A stretch of 63,364 nt of DNA, counting the filler, from Reticulomyxa filosa (lineage: Eukaryota; Protista; Foraminifera): the NCBI GenBank assembly GCA_000512085.1. It is 20 parts of 20 records of this genome, joined end to end, with 100 filler letters (N's around TTAATTAATTAA, not from the genome) between each part and the next. Parts side by side here need not be neighbours in the genome. Positions count along the whole stretch, not along the records: positions 11,320 to 13,121 come from ASPP01025283.1; positions 13,222 to 22,941 come from ASPP01010086.1; positions 23,042 to 24,360 come from ASPP01043371.1; positions 24,461 to 25,675 come from ASPP01014740.1; 16 more parts are not named here. One strand, written 5' to 3'. Position numbers and translations under genes: made by a program. The notes under the pieces were generated by a model that was not told where the DNA came from, ran no database searches, and saw nothing but the letters and a program-made list of their open reading frames with translations. How positions within the stretch are numbered: position 1 is the stretch's first letter; the number at the start of each line of letters is the position of its first letter. Below, piece by piece: positions 11,220 to 24,642 of the stretch.

Positions 11220-13464
11220 NNNNNNNNNNNNNNNNNNNNNNNNNNNNNNNNNNNNNNNNNNNNTTAATTAATTAANNNNNNNNNNNNNNNNNNNNNNNNN
11301 NNNNNNNNNNNNNNNNNNNATCTCCTATAACAAATTATAGATCAACACAATTAATAATGCATTGATTTTATCATCAAATATTTACAATATGATAAAAAAA
11401 AAAAGAAACCGCTGAAATTGTCAATAATATCGAGGATTCTACAAGTACAAACATTATGCTATGTTGTACTTACAAAAATGATGAAGATAAATGATGAGGC
11501 ACAAGTGACATTAGAACTCATTGCAATCATTTTGCAAATTTATTTGTAATTTTTCAAATGTAGTAAAGGTATACGTCATTTGTTTGTTCTTCATCTGAAG
11601 AGTGGAAGAGAAGACCAAACAAATGAATTCTTGTTGTGCAAAACAAAGTCTACTGACTGTCAAAAGGCCTCTTCTACAACGAAAAGTAAAGTTGAATGAA
11701 TGTAACAAGAAGTTACTTTCTGATCGACGTTTTGTCTCTGTTTATTGAGAGAATTGATGGAAAACAAGTCCTTCTTCTCTGTTTGAAAAAAAAGTGGATA
11801 ATATTTAGTTGTTGCACCATTTCGATCAGATGTCTTCCTTTTTAAATAATGATTGTTTAATTGTGCAGAAGATGAATACAAATAGATCATGCAAAGAAAA
11901 TCATCTGCAAAAAAAACGATATTCGTTATTCTTTCAAATCAAAAGAAGCTTTGTCCATTGTGCAAAATATTTGCTGATGTCCGGATACTTTATTTCAAAA
12001 AAATGGCAACGACACCATTAAATAACAAATAAAGTTTTTGCGAAGATAAAAAAAAATCCTTTATGACGTATACTCTTTTGTCATTATCATTGGTTATTCA
12101 TTTAGAAAATTGTTCTGATTTATCCAAAAAGACAGATTTATTCATTTTCGGAGTTTCAGTAATAATGATGTAATGATAAATCAAAAGAATTAACATTTTT
12201 TTTGATTGGCATACTAGTGTTTTCATTCCAAAATCCGAAAAAAAATAAAAAAAATTATCATTAAATAACTTGAAATTAAAATAAAAATAAAAAGATGACA
12301 CAAGTGTGTAATCACTTTACAGTAGTGTCAAATTAAAATGAATCAGTTTCGGCAACTTTTCAAACAATTAACTGCAAGAAGATAAAAATATTTGGAATAA
12401 TTATTTTTTTTTTTAATGTTGATTGTGCCGACATTATATCTTTTTTTTTTCTCGATCAAATTTTGTGTTTCATGATTGCACATTACAATGTAACCTCTTG
12501 ACTATTTTGGAACAATTAGTGAAATTTCCCGATTTGTCGTATCTTTTAAAAAAATATGCATTTTCTAGGAGAGACAAGTTTATTTGCTAATGTTGTAAGA
12601 TTATCGAAGAAAAACTACAAAATATGTTTTGTTGTTCCTTGTTTTTTGCGGTTATTTGGAGACACTCCATTTTTTTAAATATCAACGATTACTCCAGTTT
12701 GCACTTTTTATTTTATTAGTTTTTAAAGAAATCTTTAAAGTATTATTAATTTGGATCCTTTATAATAACATTTCTTTATCCTTACATATTAACGTAATTT
12801 TTTCAATAAAAAATGATATTTCTTTTTTTTGTCGTCATTGTCTCTACAATCACTATTCCCATTTTTACGTATACTTGGACAAATTGATACTTTCAACAAT
12901 GATTAGATTTTGTTTCATTCAATCTTTTGGTTTTTACCTTTCGCCGCATATTTGAATTCATGTCCATCGTCCAGATCGGTATCTTTGTCGTCATTGTTGT
13001 CAGTTGATGTTATTATCATTGCCATTCATGCTGACACACTTTTTGACATTTTCGTCAGCTGTTTTTGTTTTAATTTTATGTGGTTTTCGTTCCATATTCC
13101 AAATAACACGTTTAAACCACTNNNNNNNNNNNNNNNNNNNNNNNNNNNNNNNNNNNNNNNNNNNNTTAATTAATTAANNNNNNNNNNNNNNNNNNNNNNN
13201 NNNNNNNNNNNNNNNNNNNNNGGGGGGGAAAAAAAAAAAAAAAACCAAACTTCAATTTTGCTTTGCAGTTTTTTCAATGTTGTTAATGAAGTCTCAAATG
13301 GGTAGCCATAGTATTCTTTAGAGTACTCAAACACTAAATCAAATTTAAATTTCTATTTTTAATCATCCCGTTTGTTGTATGTGTATATGTATTTGTATAT
13401 CTAGTTTGCCATCGACTTCACAAATTTGAAATGTATTGTTTTTTTTTTTTTTTTTTTTTTAAAC

Positions 13465-13880
13465 CCAATCTTCACTGGATAAAATTTGATCCCTCTTTCT
13501 CATCCATCTCAGATATAAATCCAAAGTAGTTTTGCTTCCATCGTGGACACCTAGTTGTTATATGGACTTGACAACATTTGTTTTTTCTATGGCTCGGAAA
13601 ACATTTTCCATTTATGAATTGTGGAAGAGTCCAATCCCAAGTTTGTTAACACTGTGCCAAGATCTATTGTCTCCCTTGCTACACTACTTTTACCAGATCT
13701 CAACGTATGTTGCCAATCCTTATTCTCTTCATCTAGACTCTCGGACATTATTCAATTCAAGTCCTCTGCTATCATCCAAATTTGGAATAGCTAGGTCCCT
13801 TTCCTTCCTTCTATAATTGCGCGCACGTACTCCGCTTTCTGGACCAAAAACACCTTCCAGCTCTTTCTTAAAGTTTGGTG
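13465..13880 (-). pseudogene. Decayed coding-like segment, unidentified
   Basis: Higher-GC purine-rich stretch with short protein-like frames (DEENKDWQHTLRSG...) broken by stops and shifts. Confidence 0.25.
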
Positions 13881-14427
13881 ATTACTTGTACAGGAATATG
13901 AGCAGAGAAAAACAAACACTATTTATTTTTTTTCAATCTACTAAACAACATGCTTTCAACTATTTAATTGAGAGATAAGAGAATGAAACAATTGCACCAT
14001 CCGAAAATCTTTATTGTTTTTTAAAAAAAAGAACTGTTTTTCTCGCTTCATTCACAAACCTTGAACGGATGGCTTGCAACGAGCAAAAACAAAACAAAGC
14101 AAAACAAAACAATTTACACTTTTTTATTTTTTCCAGTTTTTAGATATTAACATTATTAAAAAAACACAAAACAAAACGGAAGAACAACCGTGGTGAGTAG
14201 GCAACAATTCATGGCACAAGAGGATAATGGATGAGTTGTTGGGGGGGGGTGACTATCAATTCCTCAGTCAATGGGAACAAAAAAACTCCAACTACTGGCA
14301 AGGAAATTAATTTAGAGCTCCTTTTTTTTTAAAAAAAAAAAAAAAAAAGGAAAAAGATATATAAAAATGAGCTTCCTTTTTTAAAGACAAGCATTGTCCT
14401 ATGTCTTTGAGTCAAAAGTGAAGTAGT

Positions 14428-15131
14428 TTAGTCTTTGAATTGATGATGGTCAGTGGACTCCCGACTGGGCTCAGGTTCGTTGACTTCCTGCAAGGCCGTC
14501 AACTCGTGTGCAGGGATCAAACTTGGTTCGACGCCATGGGTAACCACTGAGGAGTCATACTCATGCTCATTGTTGAGTTCGGACATGGAAGCGAGATTTC
14601 CTTCCTGCGGGTGTTGGACAGGAGTCAAAAAGTTGAGATGCTGGGCAGTCGCGGCCGTGGTGCTAACAACGGAATTGTACCCTCCATTGGGATGTGTCTG
14701 TTGCACTTCCTTTTCTTTTTCTTTTTCATTGTCAGTCATATTGGTACGAATATTAAGAGACAGGTTTTCCAAATTCGTTTGCGATGCGTCCTCCACTTCT
14801 TCTTTCGTTTTGATATTCCTTTTGGTCTCCTTGTCCATCTCGCCTTGAAGAGAGGCAAACTGAGGAGGGATGCTCAGCGCAGACATACTCGGCTGAGACA
14901 AGATGGCCGACGCTGTTTGTGGACGCTGCTGTCGCACCTTGCGTCCGGCTTGCTTCGTGCCGATGCGCACATCCACGTAGTAATGGATGATCGGAAACGG
15001 TACCCAAAAGAACAGAACCACGCCGATCAATGCCCAACGAATCGATGCCAAATTGCTAACTATCGCCACCATCAATGGTCCAATCCAAGACGACCCTTTG
15101 TCCGTAATTTCGTACAGTGCAAACATTTCAC

Positions 15132-15166
<35 letters not shown>

Positions 15167-17261
15167 GTTTATTTATTTATTATTTGCTATTATTATGTTG
15201 TGTCATCAAATACAAAACTTCACAAAAAAAAAAAAAAAAAAATCTTACCTTTCGCGCCCAATTGGGATGAGCGTCCCATACAAAGACCGACTATAGGATT
15301 GAACTGAACCCACATTGATACCATAGATAAGGACAAATACGTACATTTCAGTCTTTGTTACGAGTCCTTTTTATTATTGATTTGTTTGTTTGTTTGTTTG
15401 TACTTTTTTAACAGTACAAAACAAAAATAAAAATAAAAAAGAAAAAGAAAAAAAAACAATTTACCAAATGTGGCACCCTTGATCATTCCGATCATGGCAT
15501 ACAAAGGGATTACTCCTAGAATGGCAATATGTATGAGCAACATTTTTTTGGTAGGGTAATCCATTTTCTTTTGGATCCATAGAAACACAAAAGCGCCCAA
15601 GATGGCCGACAATTGGACTTCGGCAAGGAGCACGACCAATTCCAAGCTGGTCATCAGAAGCACTTGTTGAGCAAACAAAATGCCGCAGGAAGCGATGGTG
15701 TTTAGACCATCGCTCCACAGGAAGTACGTGCACAGATATCGAAACAAGTGCGGGAATTGATGTCCTTCTCTCAAGCTCACGTAGAACTTGATGATACTAT
15801 AAGTAAACACATTGACTTTGATCGTGTGCTCTTTGCCCTTCATAGCTTCTTGCATTTTCATAAAGTGCAGGTCGTCTTGCAGTGTCACCATTTCCACTGC
15901 AGAATGAGTCTTTGTATCGTTTGACTTGTTATCTGATGGCGATACCATTGATGTATTTGCATTTGTATTTGCATTTGCATTTGCATTTGCATTTGCATTT
16001 GGACTGCGTACACTGTCAAGGGGAGAAGTGGCATGAATATCACTCCTCAACTCCGGCGTGAGTCGTTGATCAAAGGGTCTGCTTTCGTCGAATCCTTGTT
16101 CGTCGGAAGAGGGGATGCTTCCGTCACCGCTGCTGTCGTGTGATCGAACACAGAGTCGGCCAACACGCCGTCATTAAGACGCGGATTTTTGAACATTTGT
16201 GCAATGGTGCTCGAAGACTGCTCGTCCGGCCGATGCGCATCTCGGTACGACAGTTCCTTTGGTAGTGGCGGTCCTCTGCGATCTCGCAAGTATCGAAACA
16301 CAACCAGCGAAAATCCAAACCACCATATGCCGGTGAATAACATTGAAAATCTTTGTGAATCCAAAGAGCCATATTGTCCTTTGAGTTATTATTATCATAT
16401 ATGATACACATAAACATATATATATGTATATATATACATATATATATATATTTATACTTATATGTATTTATATGTATATGTATATGAATATGTATATGTG
16501 TGTGATAATTATGAACCAGTTCTTTCATTCATCCATGCAACCTTGATAGCGGTGACAACATGAATGTTGTCATCATTCGACGAGGATTGATCATAAGTCC
16601 CTGTGGTGACAGTGGCTCCGGCCCATGCAAAGGTATCCCCGCTCAGTTTGTAGTGGAGATTGGTGTGAGAGGCGGTTTGATTATTTACATAGCCGTACCT
16701 TGGCGAGAAAGTCCCTGCGGCGGTGGTAAATTGCATGGCGGCGATGGTGTCATCCTGGTTGAACCAAAGGGCAATGTTGGTCACGTGGTCATCGGCAGAA
16801 CCAACACTGAACGTGTGGTGATCCAGCATTGACTGGTACACGGTATTGGTAGTTTCGCAAGAGCCTTTCAAAGATCCATTCAAAGTGTCTTCATACCACA
16901 GCTTCATTCCAAATATATGGCTGTTCACTTTACTTGAATTGCTACTGGAAAGTAGACTGTCGTTAGTGTAGCACACGCTCACATGTTTCACCCATTTCAG
17001 CCACAGCTCATCCGATTCCTCTTCCAATTGAATGTTCGAACGCTTGCTCTTTGTCGTCAAGCCATTGGCCCCTGCTATGTAATACGACGTATCCTCTAGC
17101 ATGAATACAATTATGATGGCCACCATGATCGCTATTATCGTTCCCAAGTAGCCACAAGCGAAGCCGTATTGACTTATGTCATCACTGATTGTGTCACGCA
17201 GTCGTTGGATGGTTCGGGCGCTGCGTCCACGGCGCATTGCTCTTAATGTCAACCTTGTTCC

Positions 17262-17322
<61 letters not shown>

Positions 17323-18229
17323 GTTACAAATATCTTTTAAAAAATAAAAATACACACATACCAGTGATGGTCGACGAGAGCAGGTAAATAGGCATTGTAG
17401 AACACAATCGATAAACCAAAAAAAACAATATTAAACACTCCCCACCAACCTATGTGTTTATGTGCATATAATTGTTTTGCACAGTTTAAGAGAGAAGCTT
17501 CACACGTATTCAAACAATATTCAATTTTTTTTTTTTTTTTTATACGCATTATCGCCCCCTTTTTTTTTTTTCCAAAGAGGGGGGGGGGAGGGGAGAGGGA
17601 CCATGCCAAATCAAAATGTTTGTACATTAAAAAAAACATCCCTTTTTTTTTTTAAGATGCTCGCCAAACATAAAAAAAAAAGTTGTTTTTTTTTTTATAT
17701 ATGTACCTGCAAATAACCAAAAACTGTTTTTCGTGAAGAATACCCAACACATACACATGACACTACCCGTCGCGGCCGTGATTCGAAAACACCAATATTG
17801 GTAGTTTTCATAGTCTCCCACTGCTCCGATGAAAATGTAAGAAATGGCTTGAAACAGTCCCGACAAGGAAATCATTGCGGAGGCGTAGCTCTCTGGCTTG
17901 AGAGACCAACCGCTCATTACGACTCGTGGCGGTGAATCGGACAATATAGCATTGCCGCTCCAGTCACAGCCGTACGTAGTGTTGTGTGTGCATCCATACT
18001 CCTCTGCTAAAATCGCCAAAAACGTTGGGAACACCAATGAAACCCCTATTCCGGAAAATACTGAGTTCGACCAATCATACAAATACCATCCCCAGATCTC
18101 CGTACGGGTGGTAATTTGTCTGTTTTCGGCTTTTGCTGCTTGTACATCTTCTTCATCTGGCTTTGCGTAGATATGCGTGCAAAGCTGGCTTCTGTGGTCT
18201 GAATTTGAAGACTCTTCTTGTGAAGTCAT
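14428..18229 (-). CDS. ATG22: Atg22/UMF1-like MFS transporter with inserted jacalin-like domain
   Basis: Exons 18229-17707, 17449-17362, 17253-16517, 16378-15465 (one -1 break near 16073), 15366-15249, 15130-14428; motifs EIWGWYLYDWSNS, FYNAYLP, ISQYGFACGY, FLWSDG, QSYSRSLY, FALYEITDKGSSWIGP. Confidence 0.85.
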
Positions 18230-18598
18230 TGTCTTTTTTTTTTTTTTTTTTTGTGTGAGGATAACGGAATGCAGAAGAAAAGGAAAAAAGTGAGAAACTT
18301 TTTCCTTCAGAAACCAATGTAAGATGAGCGTGTAAATCAACGCAGCACAAATTCATCCAAGTTGTGGCTATTTTCAAATATGAGTACTTTTGACAAAAAT
18401 TTTGGTAAAGTGCCCAGTCTTTATTTTTGTGAACAGATTGTTTGGTTTATTATTTGTTTCACATTTCACGACTAAATATACGAGAAAAAGAATCAAGTTT
18501 TTTTTTTTTGAATAAATTATTTTTTAGTGAGCCCTCTCCCCCTCCTCTTTGATACCATTACATATTATTCCCTCTGATCCATCTTTAAAAAAAATCAA

Positions 18599-19067
18599 AT
18601 GGGTAATAATCAAAGCCAAGATCCAGAAGAACAACTGCCAGTGTCCTTTTCGTTAAGATGGTCGCTAGTTCTGCCAGTGTTGGGAAGCCGTAATTCAGGG
18701 AAAAGCACGTTGATAAAGGCGTTGACGTTTGAGAACCTGTACGAGTCGACGCAGCCGGCGAAGCAGAACGAGCACTTGGGTTTGTTGCGTCAGCAGACGT
18801 ACAAGGACTTCCAGTTGATTTTGCGTCGATGTTTGGAGTTGTACAACAGCGATAAGAAGGCAAACTCGATGTTTCAAGTGGACACACCGACGATGCCGGA
18901 CCATATAAAGGAGATGAAGGAAGCGAACAAGGAGTACTTTGAGCGACTGCACCAGTTCAAGGAAGCATCAAAGCAGCGTCAGACAGACGCGCATTTATTG
19001 GTGAACGTGTTGAGGTCAGTGTTGAATAAAAAGAAGAAGAACGCATCAGAGTTTAAGGCAAGCGAAT

Positions 19068-19101
<34 letters not shown>

Positions 19102-19999
19102 GATGACAACGACAACAGCAGAAACAATAAGTATTACTACTATTAATACTAATACTAATACTAATACTAATACTAATACAACAACGAATAATGAAAATAA
19201 CAAAGTGGATAACAATGCCAGTAAAGTGGCCATGCAGGCGTGGCGGACACTATTGCGCAAATTGCTTTCGTATTGCGAACAACAGCGGACTGAGAGTGAG
19301 GAGCTGTTGAAAATAACCTCTGACAAGTGCAACTTGGACAAGTTCTTTCCGACAATTGAACCTTCATCCTTAGTAGCGCCATCTGTGGTATCGCCATCTG
19401 CGGTATCATCATTAGCATCATTTATGGTAGCATCATTAGCATCAACATCAACATCAACAGTACCAACATCAACATCAACAGTACCAACATCAACATCAAC
19501 AGTATCAACATCAACATCAACATCAACATCAACATCAGCATCAACATTAACGTCATCGTCATCGTCATCGTCGTTGTCATCGGCTATAAATGAGTGCTTA
19601 TATTGCCTTCTCGAATGCGAAAATCTCATCGTTTGGGACGAATACTCATTCTTGCAAATCCTGCCTCTACACACCACTTTTTCGCCACCCACCACCGCCG
19701 TCGCCGTCACCAAACTCAAAGAGTACATCGACGAACTCGAGTCCAAAGACGCCTATTTCACCGCCGACATGATCGAGTTCAAACTTCAAAAACTGCTCCC
19801 GTTTTTGCCCCTTTTGTTCAATCTTGGCTTTTATTCCAACAGTCAAGATCTTGTCACCAATTCTAAAATTATCGGTTAATTTATATATATATAAATATAT
19901 ACGTATACGTCAAATCTAAATTTTTTTTTTTAAAAAAAAACACACACACGTGCGCATGCGCGCACGCAAAAATGTTTAAAGAATATATTATAATTCAAC

Positions 20000-20031
<32 letters not shown>

Positions 20032-20988
20032 AAAGGTATTGCTATTCAAAAGGTTTGGGATCATTATAAGGGATTGGGATACTACTTCACCAGCAACGGG
20101 TTCCCACTTGTACACTCAGTGGAAAGAGAGCTGAAAAATTGCAATGTGTCCTCGTTCTTTGCGAACGCGACGGCGATATTCAGCGAATCGTATTCAATTA
20201 CGTCGGAACGGTTTTTGGAAATGAAACACGTCGGACAAATCTATGCCAACTACAACACCCCATTGGCAGATCAAAACCAACTCGAAGCCAATAACAATAT
20301 CAACTTTTTCGTCAAGCAAAAATTGAACCATTTGCACGGACGTTTTCACGAGTCCCGAACTCAGGTGTTGTGGTTGGAAGTCCCTTTTGACATGAGAGAA
20401 CAATCCCATGGGTCGTGGTCCAGTCTGTTGGAATGGGCACATCCGGACCTGAAAAGTCGAATCAATTCTTTCATTTATATGATCGATTTGTCTCAGTACC
20501 AAGGACTGTCCGACCAATTGCACCATTTAAATGAACTAGTTTTGGAAAACACCTATCTCAGCAAAACTATTATTGTGTTTCTAAATAAGTCGGACAAATT
20601 TGAGGCCTATATAAGGCGTGGAATAAATTTTGGCCGCTTCTTTTACGGAAATGATATGGAACAAAAAGGAAGTGAGGAGGAAAAAGAGTACATCCCACCA
20701 GAAGAAGTAGAGTGGAGAGGATTATGGAAAAAGGGCGTGAGCGATTGGAAAGCCGGAATCGGCCAGGTTGAATATTCTGACAATCGCTCTTTGGAACGTT
20801 CCGAGGATGACCAAGGCTTTCAACGAGCTATTGATCATCATTACAATGTCATTCGTAGTTATTTGACTAGAACCTATTCTCATGTTATATGCCTTCTTGA
20901 GCCCTCGAGGACAAACGCAGTCTTGCGGGATATGGAGTATTCTTTGGGTTATTACGGCAATCACTATTGGTATGGTGGCTTGATCTGA
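18599..20988 (+). CDS. Divergent, enlarged heterotrimeric G-protein alpha-like protein
   Basis: Exons 18599-19874 and 20036-20988; MGNNQS myristoylation consensus, LGSRNSGKST P-loop, IYMIDLSQY, IIVFLNKSDKF; T/S/N low-complexity inserts. Confidence 0.8.
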
Positions 20989-21789
20989 AAACCTCTTTTT
21001 TAAAATTTCTTTCTTGTGTTCGCAGAAAACTACACGTCTTGTAAAATGCCGTCAACTTTTTGGAACTTTTCTTCTTTTGGTGTAACATAGCAAACCCAAT
21101 TTGATTTCTAAAAATTCTCTCAAGTTCAATATATTTTGTTTGTGTAGTAATTCTTTGAACATCTTCGTTAAAGAATCATATTTCTTCCTTCTTCATCACA
21201 ACAATACAGAAATTTTCTTCTATCTATTAAACAATTTTGTCACATCGTGATACACCTGAAACATCTTATCTTGCTTTAGTTAAAGCTAGCCATTAAGAAG
21301 AAGAGGAAGAAAGTTTGTCTAACAGCAAAAAATATACCATAAGTTAAACTGCTAGTGACCGAGGCAAAGACAACAAGGGATTTGAACATGGTAAAAGCCT
21401 GTTCAGGAACTACAATCCCTTGGGCTTGTGATCTAGTTCGGTTCGTCTCGATTAACCTTACAAAAAATTAAAATTTTTGCAGACAAATTGAAACCAAACA
21501 AATTGATCGATTATTGCATGTTGTATTTTGTCCAACAATCAGCCGAAACAAAAACCAGCCGTTTCAAAAAAAAAAAGACAGCATTTGTCAAATTTTTCCC
21601 TTGTATCCTTGAGTGGGCCGTAATGTGTGTATTAGATGGACCCTACTTGACAAAAGCAAAGGGAAAAAAAAAAGCCAAGGAAAAACAAAAAACAAGCCAA
21701 ACAAACCAACCCCACATTATGATTACAAATTGTCCCTGTACAAAATAACGGAGGGTATTATCTTCTTTTGATGGTATTAGTCGCAGATT

Positions 21790-22724
21790 TTACTGCGTTC
21801 CGTTCATGGCCCGAATGCCAAGTCGCAATAAGTTCATCTGTCGATTGCATTCTTCAATAAGAGCGAGTTTGGAATTTTCCAAATGAGAGACCCGTTTCCT
21901 GAGGACCATAACCTCGTCTCGATAACCTTTGACCTCAGCTTGGAGTTGTTTGCGTTCTTTTTTATTGTCTTCATCTACTTCGACCAAGTGTTTCCACATG
22001 TCATCTTGGAGTTGTGAAATGGACTCTTTTCTTTGTTTGTCGCTTTTATGGATTTGTTGTTTGGACTTCGTCAACTCTTCACTCAACGCTTTTATCTCAT
22101 TTTTCAATTCATTTTCTTTGTTTGTCCATTCCTCTTTGGCATGGTTAAAGTCTTCTTCTGCTTCCAGCAAAGACTTGAACATCACCGAGTGGACTTCACT
22201 GGCACGACGAGGGGCCCCCGTTCGAATCTCATCCAACTGTTGTTCTAGATCTTTGATCTTGGCTTCGTACACTTGTTTTTGGTCTTCCTTCTCCTGCTCG
22301 ACCTTCAACACCTTCTGGAACATTGTCGCCGATACTTCGGCATTTGAGTTTTTGCGCTTGCGCTCTTCCGTGTGCAATTGCGAATTCAATGACTTTTTCT
22401 CCTCTTCCAAACGAGAAATGGACGAGGACATGTCCTGCAGCTTCTTTTCGTGTTCGGTCTCCGCCTCCACCAAACTTGTCATCATTTGCGTGGACAAATA
22501 GGCTATCGAATCTCGTCGACTCTTTTCGCTCACGCGCACTCTGTCGGTTTCATCCGACAGTCGCTTTTCCAACTTGGCAATGTACGCTTTCAGCTGCAAC
22601 ACGTCGTGGTCGCCAATTTCCAACCACTTGGTCAGGATCTCTTGCTTTTGCTGCACCTCCGTCTGTGCTGCTTCCCGTTGGCTTTTTCTTCTTCGTACAA
22701 GTTTTTCAATGTCTCCAAGGGTTC
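21790..22724 (-). CDS. Coiled-coil protein with four internal repeats (3' exon)
   Basis: 315-aa E/K/Q-rich ORF; a possible first exon MADLEKDKIKRFME (23086-23042) lies across a spacer. Confidence 0.7.
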
Positions 22725-24642
22725 TTTTGCTTTTCAATCGTTAGTACCGTTAGTTGTCGTTGTGTTTATTGTCCATTGTCGCATTGTTGGAGTTTGAGTA
22801 TATTATATGGATAGTGTGACAAGAGATATATGCATATACATACATATATGTATACATGTACATACATGTGTATACATAGTGTTTATTTGTTTTTTTTTTT
22901 GGATGAGTGCTTTTTTTTTTTTTTTTTTTTTTTTTTGACAANNNNNNNNNNNNNNNNNNNNNNNNNNNNNNNNNNNNNNNNNNNNTTAATTAATTAANNN
23001 NNNNNNNNNNNNNNNNNNNNNNNNNNNNNNNNNNNNNNNNNGTTTCCATAAATCTCTTTATTTTGTCCTTTTCAAGATCGGCCATTGCATCAAGATTGAT
23101 AACTCTTTTACTTTTTTTTAAGAACACATTGCAACATACAAAAAATATTGCTTGTAAAAAAAAGTATTGCAGTTTAGACATTTCATCATAAAATATTCCA
23201 CTGACTCTGTTTCTTGGGTGCACTATCTATATTCAGGTGCTTCGTTCTTTTTATACTATGCAAATATTGGCCTCTAAGTTTCAAAAAGTAAAACATTTGG
23301 TAATATTGAAGTCTATAGATTGAAAATTGTAACGACAAACTACTAAAAGTTTTGACCTTTTAGAAAGTTGATTTTTAAAAAAGTTAAAAAAATTCTAAAC
23401 AAAAAAAATAACAATCAAATGATAAAACAACACAAAAAAAGCGTAGGTATATATATATATTATAACTTTCTTTTTCGTTAACTGTGTTTTGATTCAACGA
23501 GCGTATAATCTGGCTCTTATTTCTTGCATTCGATATTGTTTTGAGTACAAATCATTTTTTTTTTCTACTACCGCAAGGAGGTGTTTTTTATTTTATTTTT
23601 TGGGATACGTTATGCTTATCCTTATTTAAATTTTTCTTAAAGATAAAAAAATTCTCCTTTAAATACAAGATGTCACTTAGATTCGTTTTATGTAGTATAT
23701 AGAAACTTATTCGAAATTGTAACAATAAATGATGGATTATTCTTAAAAACCAGTCAAAAAAAGAAGACAATTGATGAATAGTAAATCTGTTTAATGATTA
23801 CGCTTGTATAAACTCTTCCACAATGTTTTCCAGAGCTGAATCATTTTGTTCTATTTTCATATTCCATTTTCCATTGATCATTTTCAAAATTGTTCAATAC
23901 CAAATAAATAAGATTAAAATCAATAAAATGATTTAATGAAATGCCAACATGCATAATTTGTCCACCGTCAATACTATAGTCAGTTTATTTTTATCTTTAT
24001 TTTCTATATTTGCATCCAATGTGTATAAATTTTATAACTAATGCTCATAAACAATCTTGAGAATAAAAATTTCACGTTTATATTTATGGAAACATCCATG
24101 ATCACAATTTTCTCTTCTCATAGAAGGGATGCATCCTTAATTATCTTTATCTATTTATCATAGCAAAATTGAACACTACATGACTTTTCACCATATTGCA
24201 AAGATATGATGTAAAATGAAGTAGATATTCGAATGATATAATTATTTTACTTGGTAATAACTCAAAGAAAGCGAAAAATTTGGAAAACTTATTACGCAAA
24301 TTGAGGAGTTACAGTGTTCAAAAAGTCAATGAAAAGAGACTGTCTTCAAAAAAAAAAAAANNNNNNNNNNNNNNNNNNNNNNNNNNNNNNNNNNNNNNNN
24401 NNNNTTAATTAATTAANNNNNNNNNNNNNNNNNNNNNNNNNNNNNNNNNNNNNNNNNNNNAAAAAAAAAAAAAAGTTTCATCTTGCTATTGCAAACACAA
24501 ATAGGAACAAACTATGAAAAACAGGAAATGTTCATAGTACGATGCTCTGGTGCCTATATGTGATGAAAAGGGGGGCTGGTTAATCAAATGAACCTCAATT
24601 CGAATATCAAAAAAAAAAAAAAAAAGAAACAACAAAGAAACC

